DNA of 64,000 bases from Halobacteriovoraceae bacterium (GTDB lineage Bacteria > Bdellovibrionota > Bacteriovoracia > Bacteriovoracales > Bacteriovoracaceae): the NCBI GenBank assembly GCA_963719505.1, contig CAVRCF010000005.1:608001-672000 (forward strand). Direction: 5' to 3'. Position 1 is the first letter of the stretch. Each line of letters opens with the position of its first letter. Under the pieces are notes generated by a model. It saw only the letters and a program-made list of their open reading frames with translations. It ran no database searches and was not told the DNA's origin. Below, piece after piece: positions 1 to 8,222 of this stretch. Made by a program: the position numbers and the translations under genes.

Positions 1-236
1 GTATTTTCAACAAGAGGAAACTTTTCTCCATCCCATATCCTACCGTATGCCTCTCCACTTTTCTTGGGCCTAAAAGGCAACACAAAAAGGTTGAGAATAA
101 TCCACCACAACGCTCGTGGGAGATCAACAACTCTGGGGTCCCCTAAGAACTCTTTAAGGTACTTCCTCACATCTTTAGTGTTCGGAGTTTCCGGAGAACC
201 TAGCTGACCGATGACGACTTTAACTTTACTATACAT
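1..236 (-). CDS. hemH: Ferrochelatase, N-terminal part (runs off the window start)
   Basis: Manual translation from ATG 236: MYSKVKVVIGQLGSPETPNTKDVRKYLKEFLGDPRVVDLPRALWWIILNLFVLPFRPKKS, matching the ferrochelatase LGSP...YLxEFLxDPRV motif. Confidence 0.9.
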   Translation of the reverse strand, partial: MYSKVKVVIGQLGSPETPNTKDVRKYLKEFLGDPRVVDLPRALWWIILNLFVLPFRPKKSGEAYGRIWDGEKFPLVEN

Positions 237-365
237 GACAATACCGATGGTCTCCCTAAAGGGCCTAACCAATTGATTTTTATTATTTAACAAGTAGTTT
301 TCTTTTTACACAAATTGTTATAAACAACAAAGAAAAAAATATAAACAAAGACTATACGAGTTATT

Positions 366-887
366 ATGCCACGCAAAAAAGACCATTCGAGAAAAGAATC
401 TGAACTTAAGACTGTCACCCTTCTTGGGAGTAACACCAACGAGTATAAGCAGGACTACGACCCTTCAATTTTAGAGTCATTTCCCAATAAGAATCCAACT
501 TCTGAAGCATGGACGACGTTTATCTGTACTGAGTTCACTTCTCTTTGCCCAAAAACAGGACAGCCTGACTTTGCAAAGATTTATATCAATTATATCGCTG
601 ATAAAAAAATGGTCGAAAGTAAATCTATGAAGCTTTATCTTTTTAGCTTTAGAAACCACGGTGATTTTCATGAAGACTGCATTCAAAAAATATGTAATGA
701 TTTAACAAAACTGATGAAGCCAAAGTATATTGAAGTGATTGGAGAATTTACTCCAAGAGGTGGAATTGCTATTTTTCCATTCTCACAAGCTTCAAATGCT
801 CAGGCAAAATTTAAAAAACTTAAAGAGACTCGCATGGCCAACTATTCTCCAGGAAGATATTCCATGGATCTAGCCCGACTCTATTAG
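366..887 (+). CDS. queF: NADPH-dependent 7-cyano-7-deazaguanine (preQ0) reductase, unimodular type
   Basis: EFTSLCPKTGQPDFA, ESKSMKLYLFSFRNHGDFHEDC and FTPRGGI motifs. Confidence 0.95.
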   Translation: MPRKKDHSRKESELKTVTLLGSNTNEYKQDYDPSILESFPNKNPTSEAWTTFICTEFTSLCPKTGQPDFAKIYINYIADKKMVESKSMKLYLFSFRNHGDFHEDCIQKICNDLTKLMKPKYIEVIGEFTPRGGIAIFPFSQASNAQAKFKKLKETRMANYSPGRYSMDLARLY

Positions 888-898
888 AAAGGAATAAA

Positions 899-1090
899 AT
901 GTTTGGATTAGGAACTACTGAATTAATCGTTATCGCATTTGTCATCGTTCTTCTTTTTGGAGGAAAAAAACTTCCTCAGTTAGGGCGATCTTTTGGTTCT
1001 GCAATAACTAACTTTAAGAAAGGCTTAAATGAGTCCGAAAAAGAAGAAAGTAAAAGCGAAGACTCAAAAGAGACGAACAAAGAATCTTAA
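899..1090 (+). CDS. tatA: Twin-arginine translocase TatA/E subunit
   Basis: MFGLGTTEL, TM helix, LLFGGKKLPQLGRSFGSAITNFKKG, charged tail. Confidence 0.93.
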   Translation: MFGLGTTELIVIAFVIVLLFGGKKLPQLGRSFGSAITNFKKGLNESEKEESKSEDSKETNKES

Positions 1091-2572
1091 TTACTTCTTA
1101 AAGTAGTCCACCGCAGCTCTTACTATAGATTCATTAGAGCTGCCCTTTACCTTAGCTTTATCAAAAATAAACCGCGCCACTTCATCATAAACTCCCTCAA
1201 TATTTTCCATGGCAAGAAGCCTTAGTGTGTACCTAGTAGCTCGATCGATAAGCTTGTAATTAGCCGGTTTTACCCAAGTCATGACATTTGATTCATACCT
1301 ATTGAGCCTTCCCATAATAAGTGTCGAAAGCGTATTGAGAAGAAGTTTTAACTGTATATGACTTAAAAGGAGATCATTACTGACTTTAACCTTACTTTCC
1401 AAATCATTTATTTTAAACACAAGTTCTCCCTCTTGCTCAATAATAGAAAAGACAGATCTTGTTTTTCGTCTATCAATAGCATTTTGGGAAATATCAAATT
1501 TTAAAATATTGTGAACACTTATACTACTAAAGTCACTTCCCCATTCAAGTTCTCTCAGATCTCGCTGAAGCATTTTTTGCCAGGCCTCCACACTTGAGTG
1601 GGTGTTTGCAACGGCAAGATAGCTTAAAGCTTGATATTCATCATCAGAGGACTCAAATGGTGGAAGATTGAAAGTGGGGCTCCTTTCAGTCGTATCGGTA
1701 AGGACACTTATGGCGTATCTTTCACTAGAGTTATAGGTAATCTTTCGACCCTCTATATATTCACTGGATTCTGCAATAATGAATTCTTCTAAAAATTGAT
1801 ACTTCAAATTCTTAAAACTCTCAATAGACTCCAAAAAGTATCTGCTAAATTGAGTTTCATCTTCAAATTGTTTTAATGCCAGGATTCCTGTGACAAACAT
1901 TTGAACTGAGGTCGCCTGCATTCTAGTCGATCCACTCAATGCCATAGGTCCTATTGTTAAATTAACAGTTGTGACTTTCTTATTATCCAAAATCATGTTG
2001 AATCGATCAAGTGTCTTTAGCTGTTCATCTGGATTGCAGTAAAGAAAGAATGATTGATTACTTCCAAGCTTCGCAGCTTCAAGTGCTGCTCCAATAACAA
2101 AGCTTGTTTCTCCACCCTCAGTCACGGCCAATAGAACATCACCATCTTTGAAGCCCAGATCCTTGAGTTGCCTTTTGCCGTATTCCATTTTGTCTTCGAA
2201 ACTCTCCACCGACTTTATAAGAGCAAAGTCTCCTCCGGCCATGAAACTGACTATATTATTTTTGCCTGAAAAACGTCCAATTGTTTCGATGGCCAGTGCT
2301 AACCGACCGGTCGCACCACAACCACAAATGAAAATCTTTGAACTCTCTTGCAAAGAACTTTGAACTTGCTGATAGACATCAAAAATTTTTCTTTCTAAGT
2401 TTAAAAGAAAGTTGAAAGCATCGTGATCAACTTCTTTTAACGTCGCAATAGCTTTTGGTAAATTTTCTTTAGAGTCTTTTGAGAGATTAATTGTTTTTGG
2501 ATGAAAGCTTTCGGTCGTAAGGTTACCTAAAGTGAATTGATTTTTGTTTTGTAAAAATTCTTCGAAGTTCAT
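1091..2572 (-). CDS. SIS-domain protein of the MurQ/glucokinase-regulator (GKRP)-like family
   Basis: GCGATGRLA, MAGGDFALIKSVESFED, GSTRMQ and NYKLIDRATR motifs; 493 aa, longer than MurQ. Confidence 0.7.
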   Translation of the reverse strand: MNFEEFLQNKNQFTLGNLTTESFHPKTINLSKDSKENLPKAIATLKEVDHDAFNFLLNLERKIFDVYQQVQSSLQESSKIFICGCGATGRLALAIETIGRFSGKNNIVSFMAGGDFALIKSVESFEDKMEYGKRQLKDLGFKDGDVLLAVTEGGETSFVIGAALEAAKLGSNQSFFLYCNPDEQLKTLDRFNMILDNKKVTTVNLTIGPMALSGSTRMQATSVQMFVTGILALKQFEDETQFSRYFLESIESFKNLKYQFLEEFIIAESSEYIEGRKITYNSSERYAISVLTDTTERSPTFNLPPFESSDDEYQALSYLAVANTHSSVEAWQKMLQRDLRELEWGSDFSSISVHNILKFDISQNAIDRRKTRSVFSIIEQEGELVFKINDLESKVKVSNDLLLSHIQLKLLLNTLSTLIMGRLNRYESNVMTWVKPANYKLIDRATRYTLRLLAMENIEGVYDEVARFIFDKAKVKGSSNESIVRAAVDYFKK

Positions 2573-2608
2573 TTAGATTCTTTATCATACACCTTTAAAA
2601 AAGGGCAT

Positions 2609-2688
2609 AAAAAAAGGGGAGCTCCTGCACTGCTCCCCCTCTTCTCTTCGGCATCCTTGCCTTCTCGAGTAACTTCCTGTCACTCACA
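2609..2688 (-). ncRNA. Candidate Csr/Rsm-type small RNA, or CsrA-binding leader, with GGA-loop hairpins and an intrinsic terminator
   Basis: Minus strand: GAGUGAC-AGGAA-GUUACUC hairpin, GGCA-AGGA-UGCC hairpin, then GGGGAGC-AGUGCAGGA-GCUCCCC-UUUUUUU terminator; TATACT -10 box at 2694-2699. Confidence 0.65.
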
Positions 2689-2693
2689 CTTAT

Positions 2694-2699
2694 AGTATA
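2694..2699 (-). promoter_or_regulatory. Sigma70-type -10 element for the GGA-hairpin RNA
   Basis: TATACT on the minus strand just upstream of the first hairpin. Confidence 0.5.
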
Positions 2700-2910
2700 A
2701 CCACATATGAAACTGAAAAAAAGAAGTTTTTTTATTAGGTAACAATTTCCTGTGGTTTCCTTTTGATACCACTGACGAGCTCTGTCGGTTATTGGTATAA
2801 AATATGTTTAATGTAAGCTAATGTAACGAACTACTACTTTACTTGTTGTTGATTATTAAACTTTGTAGGATAATTATTCAACATAACTTAATAAAATCAG
2901 GAGATAAAAA

Positions 2911-3252
2911 GTGTTTCAGTCTGTTTTAGACCTTTTTAAAAAAAAGTCCAAATACCATGCGATCCGAACCTTTACCTATTTTGTTCCAGCACCTCCAAAT
3001 AGAAAAACAGGCTACCAAGAAAAAGAGTTTGATCAGATTAGCGATCACCTGAGGAGTAAAAATTTCGATATCATAGATATAAAAATGGAAGCATTTGCAA
3101 GTTCAACATCAGCTGGAATGTGGATACTCTGTCTTTTAGGTGCAAAATCCTCTGAAGCTGCTTCAATGGCCCTTGAGTTTGAATACAGCGAGATCGCATC
3201 TCAAAAAGAACAGTATATCCACACTGACCCACTTATTGAACATGATCATTAA
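2911..3252 (+). CDS. Hypothetical protein
   Basis: 113-aa ORF with AGGAG RBS before the GTG start. Confidence 0.75.
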   Translation: MFQSVLDLFKKKSKYHAIRTFTYFVPAPPNRKTGYQEKEFDQISDHLRSKNFDIIDIKMEAFASSTSAGMWILCLLGAKSSEAASMALEFEYSEIASQKEQYIHTDPLIEHDH

Positions 3253-4453
3253 GCTTCTTCTTCTCTCTTTATTAACAGTCTCATGTTCTCAGTTCGTTAA
3301 TCGCCTGGACGATGATCTGTTCATCGATGAGTCAATTCCCTATAAAGAGGATAACCGAATCAATAGCTGCGAAGAAAACGAAAATGTTCAACTCCTTAGT
3401 CGAAACAAAACCGGGCAGGACAAGTTTTTACAGTTCATAGCTAAAGACAATTACACCTATATTGAGAAAATCATTCTATGGACTTTTGTTCAGATGAATT
3501 TAAACCCTCACCTCTCCTCACCTAGCTCTACAGCTCAAATTATCTTTAATGGTGATGTTTATTTAGAAATCAAAAGTTCTGACTCTATAAAATCTCCGAT
3601 CTTCTATGGACTGCAAAAGCTTTTAACGCTAACTAAAAATAAACGAAGTCTAAAGGATCTCGCTACTATTTTTGACAGAACCTATCCCAATAATTTTTTT
3701 GTTTCACAAAGTTTTTCTGTGTTTCTGAATCAGAACAAAGATCAAATCTTAAAAAATAAAATCTTGAGCCGAAATTTCGTAAGGGCCGAGGATACACTGC
3801 GAGAAAACGAAAGAATCCCCAAGCAAAATTTTTCACTTATCTTGGACAAAAACTTAAAAAATGACCAAAAAGTAGATTCCTTCTCTGATCTGAAGAAATT
3901 TGAAACATACCACTGTAACTTTGATATTAAGGGCTATCTCGAGGGATCATTCTCGCCAAAGGATGAAACCTATAGGTCAAATGTCTTTGGTCTAAAAGTT
4001 GGATCAAATACAACCTTAATCTCTTTGTCATCTAATACTGACAAAATAAAAAACTATGAAAGATCTATTTTTATTGAAGGGGAAGCATCAGATCATAAAA
4101 GTTATGTTTGTATCGATAAGAAAAAAGATAGGACTGTCTGGATTATGGGCTCTGGCAGTAGAGATCCAGCACAGCAAGTAAGCCAGTTTTTAGTTCTGTC
4201 TTCAGGTCAGAGTAAGAAAAAAATCATTAGTGCTCTTAAAGCTCCTCGCTATATTCGTTTAGATGATCCAAAAAGACTTATCTTTGAGTCGGAAAAAGCA
4301 ACTAAAGATGAGATCAATAATCTCCAGGATCTTAAAATCCCTCTTTATAGTACTTCTCAGATTGGAAATATAGCCGCTTATCTTTCATCAAAGCAAACCC
4401 AAACTTTCTTTTTAGATCTTCGAAGCCCTGGAAAGATCCAATGTGGAAAATAG
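3242..4453 (+). CDS. Hypothetical lipoprotein
   Basis: Likely start ATG 3242 (MIIKLLLLSLLTVSC, lipobox-like), overlapping the upstream stop. Confidence 0.75.
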   Translation: MIIKLLLLSLLTVSCSQFVNRLDDDLFIDESIPYKEDNRINSCEENENVQLLSRNKTGQDKFLQFIAKDNYTYIEKIILWTFVQMNLNPHLSSPSSTAQIIFNGDVYLEIKSSDSIKSPIFYGLQKLLTLTKNKRSLKDLATIFDRTYPNNFFVSQSFSVFLNQNKDQILKNKILSRNFVRAEDTLRENERIPKQNFSLILDKNLKNDQKVDSFSDLKKFETYHCNFDIKGYLEGSFSPKDETYRSNVFGLKVGSNTTLISLSSNTDKIKNYERSIFIEGEASDHKSYVCIDKKKDRTVWIMGSGSRDPAQQVSQFLVLSSGQSKKKIISALKAPRYIRLDDPKRLIFESEKATKDEINNLQDLKIPLYSTSQIGNIAAYLSSKQTQTFFLDLRSPGKIQCGK

Positions 4454-4674
4454 TTCTCAAAGGAGTTGCTTCAAACAAGAAGTGGCAGTTTGATGCTTGT
4501 GAGTCGGAGATGAAAATGAATCTTCTAGAATTCCTTGAATCTAAGCAAATTCCAATCGCTTCTAGTTGTAGAGGTGAAGGTGTTTGTAAAAAATGTATTT
4601 TTAATGGTTGCCACTTGGCTTGTCAGGTTTCGGTGGAGGAAATAACTGGTGACGTAGATATTGATTATTTATAA
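4441..4674 (+). CDS. 2Fe-2S ferredoxin-like protein
   Basis: SSCRGEGVCKKC...LACQ cysteine pattern. Confidence 0.8.
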   Translation: MWKIVLKGVASNKKWQFDACESEMKMNLLEFLESKQIPIASSCRGEGVCKKCIFNGCHLACQVSVEEITGDVDIDYL

Positions 4675-4713
4675 GACCACTTTATAGAAAGTACAAAGTG
4701 GCCTTGAATTGTT

Positions 4714-5433
4714 CTAGTATGCTCTTATTTGACCTTTTCCGTTTATCATAAACTTCTTCGTTGATTTTGTTTCTTTCAGTACTGTTTTCATAGTGTAACT
4801 AATCTGTAGAACTGCCGCAGCGATAGGATCTTCAGTTGTCCCTTGATTTACGATTGATTGCACTTTAAAGTTTGCATCGAGGTTATAGCCCCAACCAACT
4901 TGAACTTCTGTTGCTGATACTTCAGCTCCTGCAATATAGGCACCTGCACCGTCATAGCTTCCACCATAAGAGAAGATCACCATAAACTCAAAAGCAATCA
5001 TCGTTGATCCGAATCCATTTTTTGCAATGACCTTATATTTTTTGGCCTTAGGCATTTGCCAGTTTTCTAGATCAAAAGCACTGATATTAACTCCGCGTTC
5101 ATTCTTTGGAAGAATACTCACTGGCGTCGTGTCTCCAATCGTTACAACTGGTTTACCGGCTTCAATAATTTTATAAACTTCTTTTCCAAAAGCAATTAAC
5201 TGCCTACCAATCATGATGGTGTCGCCAATTCCACCTTTCATAGGTTTTCTTGCCACAAAGCCATCTAGCTCAGAGATGTCTGCATTTGGTAGTACTACAA
5301 GATTGTTGTCTTCATTTACTTCATAAACTTCAATTTGGTTAATTTCATTCATGTCCGATACATTTAAATTGATTGGACTCGCTATTGTTTGTAACGAGAT
5401 ACTAAGCGCCAAAGACGCGATCATTAATTTCAT
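4714..5433 (-). CDS. Secreted hypothetical protein
   Basis: N-terminal signal peptide, GGGGA RBS; convergent hairpin at about 4674-4705. Confidence 0.8.
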   Translation of the reverse strand: MKLMIASLALSISLQTIASPINLNVSDMNEINQIEVYEVNEDNNLVVLPNADISELDGFVARKPMKGGIGDTIMIGRQLIAFGKEVYKIIEAGKPVVTIGDTTPVSILPKNERGVNISAFDLENWQMPKAKKYKVIAKNGFGSTMIAFEFMVIFSYGGSYDGAGAYIAGAEVSATEVQVGWGYNLDANFKVQSIVNQGTTEDPIAAAVLQISYTMKTVLKETKSTKKFMINGKGQIRAY

Positions 5434-5715
5434 GTTTTCCCCTTTTGAATACTTCCCCAGTAATCTTGTGAGTAATGTTTACCTTTTGAGTCAAGTAAAC
5501 GTCAAGGAGAATTCATTTTTTATTGTCTAAAATAAACTTACACACTCACTGCGTAATTTTTTCATACCCAGCCAATAAGCTTTTAAATTCGGCATCTTAG
5601 CCTATTTACCTGTCAAAACATTATATAAGTCTCTCTAATCCTAAACATTAGGAAATCTTATTCTTTGCTCCAGACGTGAATTGACGTCCTCAGTATTCCA
5701 AATTAATCTGATGGA

Positions 5716-6297
5716 ATGAAATATTTAAGTTTTGACCTTGAGGCGACAGGTCTAGAAGAAGACGCCTTAATTATTGAATTTGCCATGGTTCCATTTTGTG
5801 CGAAAACCAAAACAATTGAGACCTCCTTGGCCCGTGAATTTTATGTGAAATGTCCACCCTTTGAACTATTAGAGCCCCATCTCAACCCGTGGGTGAAAGA
5901 AAATAATAAAACACTTATTATTAAGGCCAACAAAGAAGGTGTTTCACAAGAGAAATTCAAACAAATTTTAGAAGAATATCTTGAAAGTGATGAAATAAAA
6001 AAATACTTTGGAGATGAGAAGATTGTTCTGTTTGGAAAGTCTATAAGTGCTATTGACCTGCCTTTTCTCAATAGAGATTTAGGTTGGGAATGGATGAATA
6101 AACATTTTCACCACAGAAACTTAGACCTTTCTTGTTTCTGTCTCGGTCTTATTGATATGGGCGTTCTCGAAAAAGGCATGGATTCTGGAAATAGTTTAAT
6201 GGAAAAGTTTAAGATGGGTGCTGTTGCCCACACTGCTTTGGATGACTCCATCAATACGGCGAAACTATATTTTAAATTACTTGAAATGAAGTTGTAA
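5716..6297 (+). CDS. DEDDh 3'-5' exonuclease (oligoribonuclease/DnaQ-like)
   Basis: FDLEATGL (ExoI), DLPFL and HTALDD (ExoIII) motifs. Confidence 0.85.
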   Translation: MKYLSFDLEATGLEEDALIIEFAMVPFCAKTKTIETSLAREFYVKCPPFELLEPHLNPWVKENNKTLIIKANKEGVSQEKFKQILEEYLESDEIKKYFGDEKIVLFGKSISAIDLPFLNRDLGWEWMNKHFHHRNLDLSCFCLGLIDMGVLEKGMDSGNSLMEKFKMGAVAHTALDDSINTAKLYFKLLEMKL

Positions 6298-6371
6298 ATT
6301 TTACCTTGCTTTCTAAGTGAGGTGGCCATCTATTTTATATCTTAGTATTCAACAATAACAAAGCTCGTCTC

Positions 6372-6465
6372 TGTGTAGGTTACACATAAAGAGTGTGACT
6401 AAAGTCTAATTACTTTAGTCATATTCTGGGTCATGGGACTTCTCTCTCACAGATCCCATGACCCA
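6372..6465 (+). ncRNA. Candidate structured intergenic RNA with three consecutive hairpins; the last may be the fbaA terminator
   Basis: TGTGTA/TACACA stem; 15-bp stem 6391-6426 closed by G-U pairs only on the plus strand; perfect 12-bp stem 6427-6465. Confidence 0.35.
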
Positions 6466-6471
6466 CATACT

Positions 6472-7539
6472 CTACTTGTTTGTTCCTACGTTATTTAAAT
6501 CTTCAAATGACTTCTTTAATCGAGCGACAAAAGCATCTTCACCTGCTCTTAGCCATTTCCTTGGATCGTAGTATTTTTTATTTGGAATATCATCCCCATC
6601 AGGGTTTCCGATTTGTGCTTGCAGATAACCATGATTTTTTGCTTCGTACTCACGAACACCATCCCAAAAAGCCCACTGCATATCTGTATCAATATTCATT
6701 TTGATCACACCGTACTCAATAGCTTCTTTAATTTCAGAAGGAGTTGAACCAGATCCACCATGAAAAACAAAATTAACTGGATTTTTCTCAAGATTAAATT
6801 TCTTTTCTATATAGTCTTGTGAATTCTTTAAAATAACCGGAGTAAGTTTAACATTTCCTGGTTTGTAAACTCCGTGGACGTTTCCAAAAGATGCTGCGAT
6901 TGTAAAGTTTGGTGAAATCTCATTTAGCTTTTCATAAGAAAAAGAAACCTCTTCTGGTTGAGTGTAGAGTTTCGATGAGTCCACATCACTATTGTCAACA
7001 CCATCTTCTTCTCCCCCAGTAATTCCGAGTTCAATTTCTATATGCATATCAATCTTTGCCATTCTTTCTAAATACTTTGCACAGGTTTCTATATTTTCTT
7101 CTAAACTCTCTTCAGATAAATCGAGCATATGAGATGAGAACAGTGGTTTTCCCGTTTCTTTAAAGAACTTTTCTCCCTCATCTAAAAGACCATCAATCCA
7201 AGGAAGAAGCTTCTTCGCAGCATGGTCGGTGTGTAAAATAACGGGAACGTCATAGACTTTCGCCATTTGATGAACGTGCTTTGCACCAGAGATCGCGCCT
7301 GCAATTGCAGCTTTTTCTGATTCATTACTAACTCCACCACCGGCATAAAATTTAGCACCGCCATTTGAGAATTGAATGATCACTGGAGAATTTAATAATT
7401 TTGCTGTCTCTAAGACACCATTTATAGAACTTGTATTAACAACATTAACCGCCGGTAGAGCAAAGTTGTTTTTATTTGCATATTCATAAACATCTAGAAC
7501 TTCTTTGCCTGTTAATACACCTGAACTGAATCTTCCCAT
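6472..7539 (-). CDS. fbaA: Fructose-bisphosphate aldolase class II
   Basis: ILHTDHA, HMLDLSEE, GNVHGVYKPG and FVFHGGSGS motifs; ATG 7539 after GAGGAG RBS. Confidence 0.96.
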   Translation of the reverse strand: MGRFSSGVLTGKEVLDVYEYANKNNFALPAVNVVNTSSINGVLETAKLLNSPVIIQFSNGGAKFYAGGGVSNESEKAAIAGAISGAKHVHQMAKVYDVPVILHTDHAAKKLLPWIDGLLDEGEKFFKETGKPLFSSHMLDLSEESLEENIETCAKYLERMAKIDMHIEIELGITGGEEDGVDNSDVDSSKLYTQPEEVSFSYEKLNEISPNFTIAASFGNVHGVYKPGNVKLTPVILKNSQDYIEKKFNLEKNPVNFVFHGGSGSTPSEIKEAIEYGVIKMNIDTDMQWAFWDGVREYEAKNHGYLQAQIGNPDGDDIPNKKYYDPRKWLRAGEDAFVARLKKSFEDLNNVGTNK

Positions 7540-7615
7540 TACAATCTCCTCTAAGTTTAAAACTGAGAATATTGTGCAATAAAAAATTTGATTATTAAAG
7601 ACATGATGTGTTCTA

Positions 7616-8119
7616 TCAAGAAAAGTAATAGTGATAGAGTTCAGTATTGTCTTTGGCAAAAAGCTTCGTGAGCTTAATCTTCATCTCTTTTGAGATAAAA
7701 CGACTCTCCTTCTTGATACTTTTTAACGCACTGATGAGAAAGGTGTAAAAAGATACATCTCTCCACTTTGAAACCATTTTCATCTCTATAAGAACACCTA
7801 AGTAAAAGAGTTCAGAAAACTTCTGTGAGGACTCGAGAATATCTTTGCCCAAATAAAGAATTTTATTTAAGAGGTTTCTGTGTGTCTCAACCTCTTTAGC
7901 GGTAGCACCAATTGAGAAGAGCCTTTTCATGCCTTTACACAGAGTATACGTGTACTCACTGGTTTGTTCAGCAAGCTCAGCTTCAAGACAAACGGTATCC
8001 ATGGCTTTTTTGTAGTAAGCTTTTTGCGATGAGTAAGCTAATGGAACAGCTTCTCTTTGATGAGTCTGACTTTTGGACCATAGTGAACTAAATTGTTTAT
8101 AGGAATAACGACGATTCAT
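7616..8119 (-). CDS. Hypothetical protein
   Basis: Likely ATG 8119 after GGGGAGG RBS. Confidence 0.65.
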   Translation of the reverse strand: MNRRYSYKQFSSLWSKSQTHQREAVPLAYSSQKAYYKKAMDTVCLEAELAEQTSEYTYTLCKGMKRLFSIGATAKEVETHRNLLNKILYLGKDILESSQKFSELFYLGVLIEMKMVSKWRDVSFYTFLISALKSIKKESRFISKEMKIKLTKLFAKDNTELYHYYFS

Positions 8120-8222
8120 ATAAACCTCCCCAAGATAATCTGAGCATATGGAGATAACGTGCAGCTCTGGGATTATACCACTATTTTTTGCGATGCGCAA
8201 CAGAGCTCATAAATTCTGCTAT

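Noticed and set aside
241-365. preQ1 riboswitch upstream of queF
   Set aside because: A-rich leader, but no recognisable preQ1 stem-loop or pseudoknot core
2767-2799. Hammerhead-like CTGACGAG within a weak hairpin
   Set aside because: No following stem II and GAAA core
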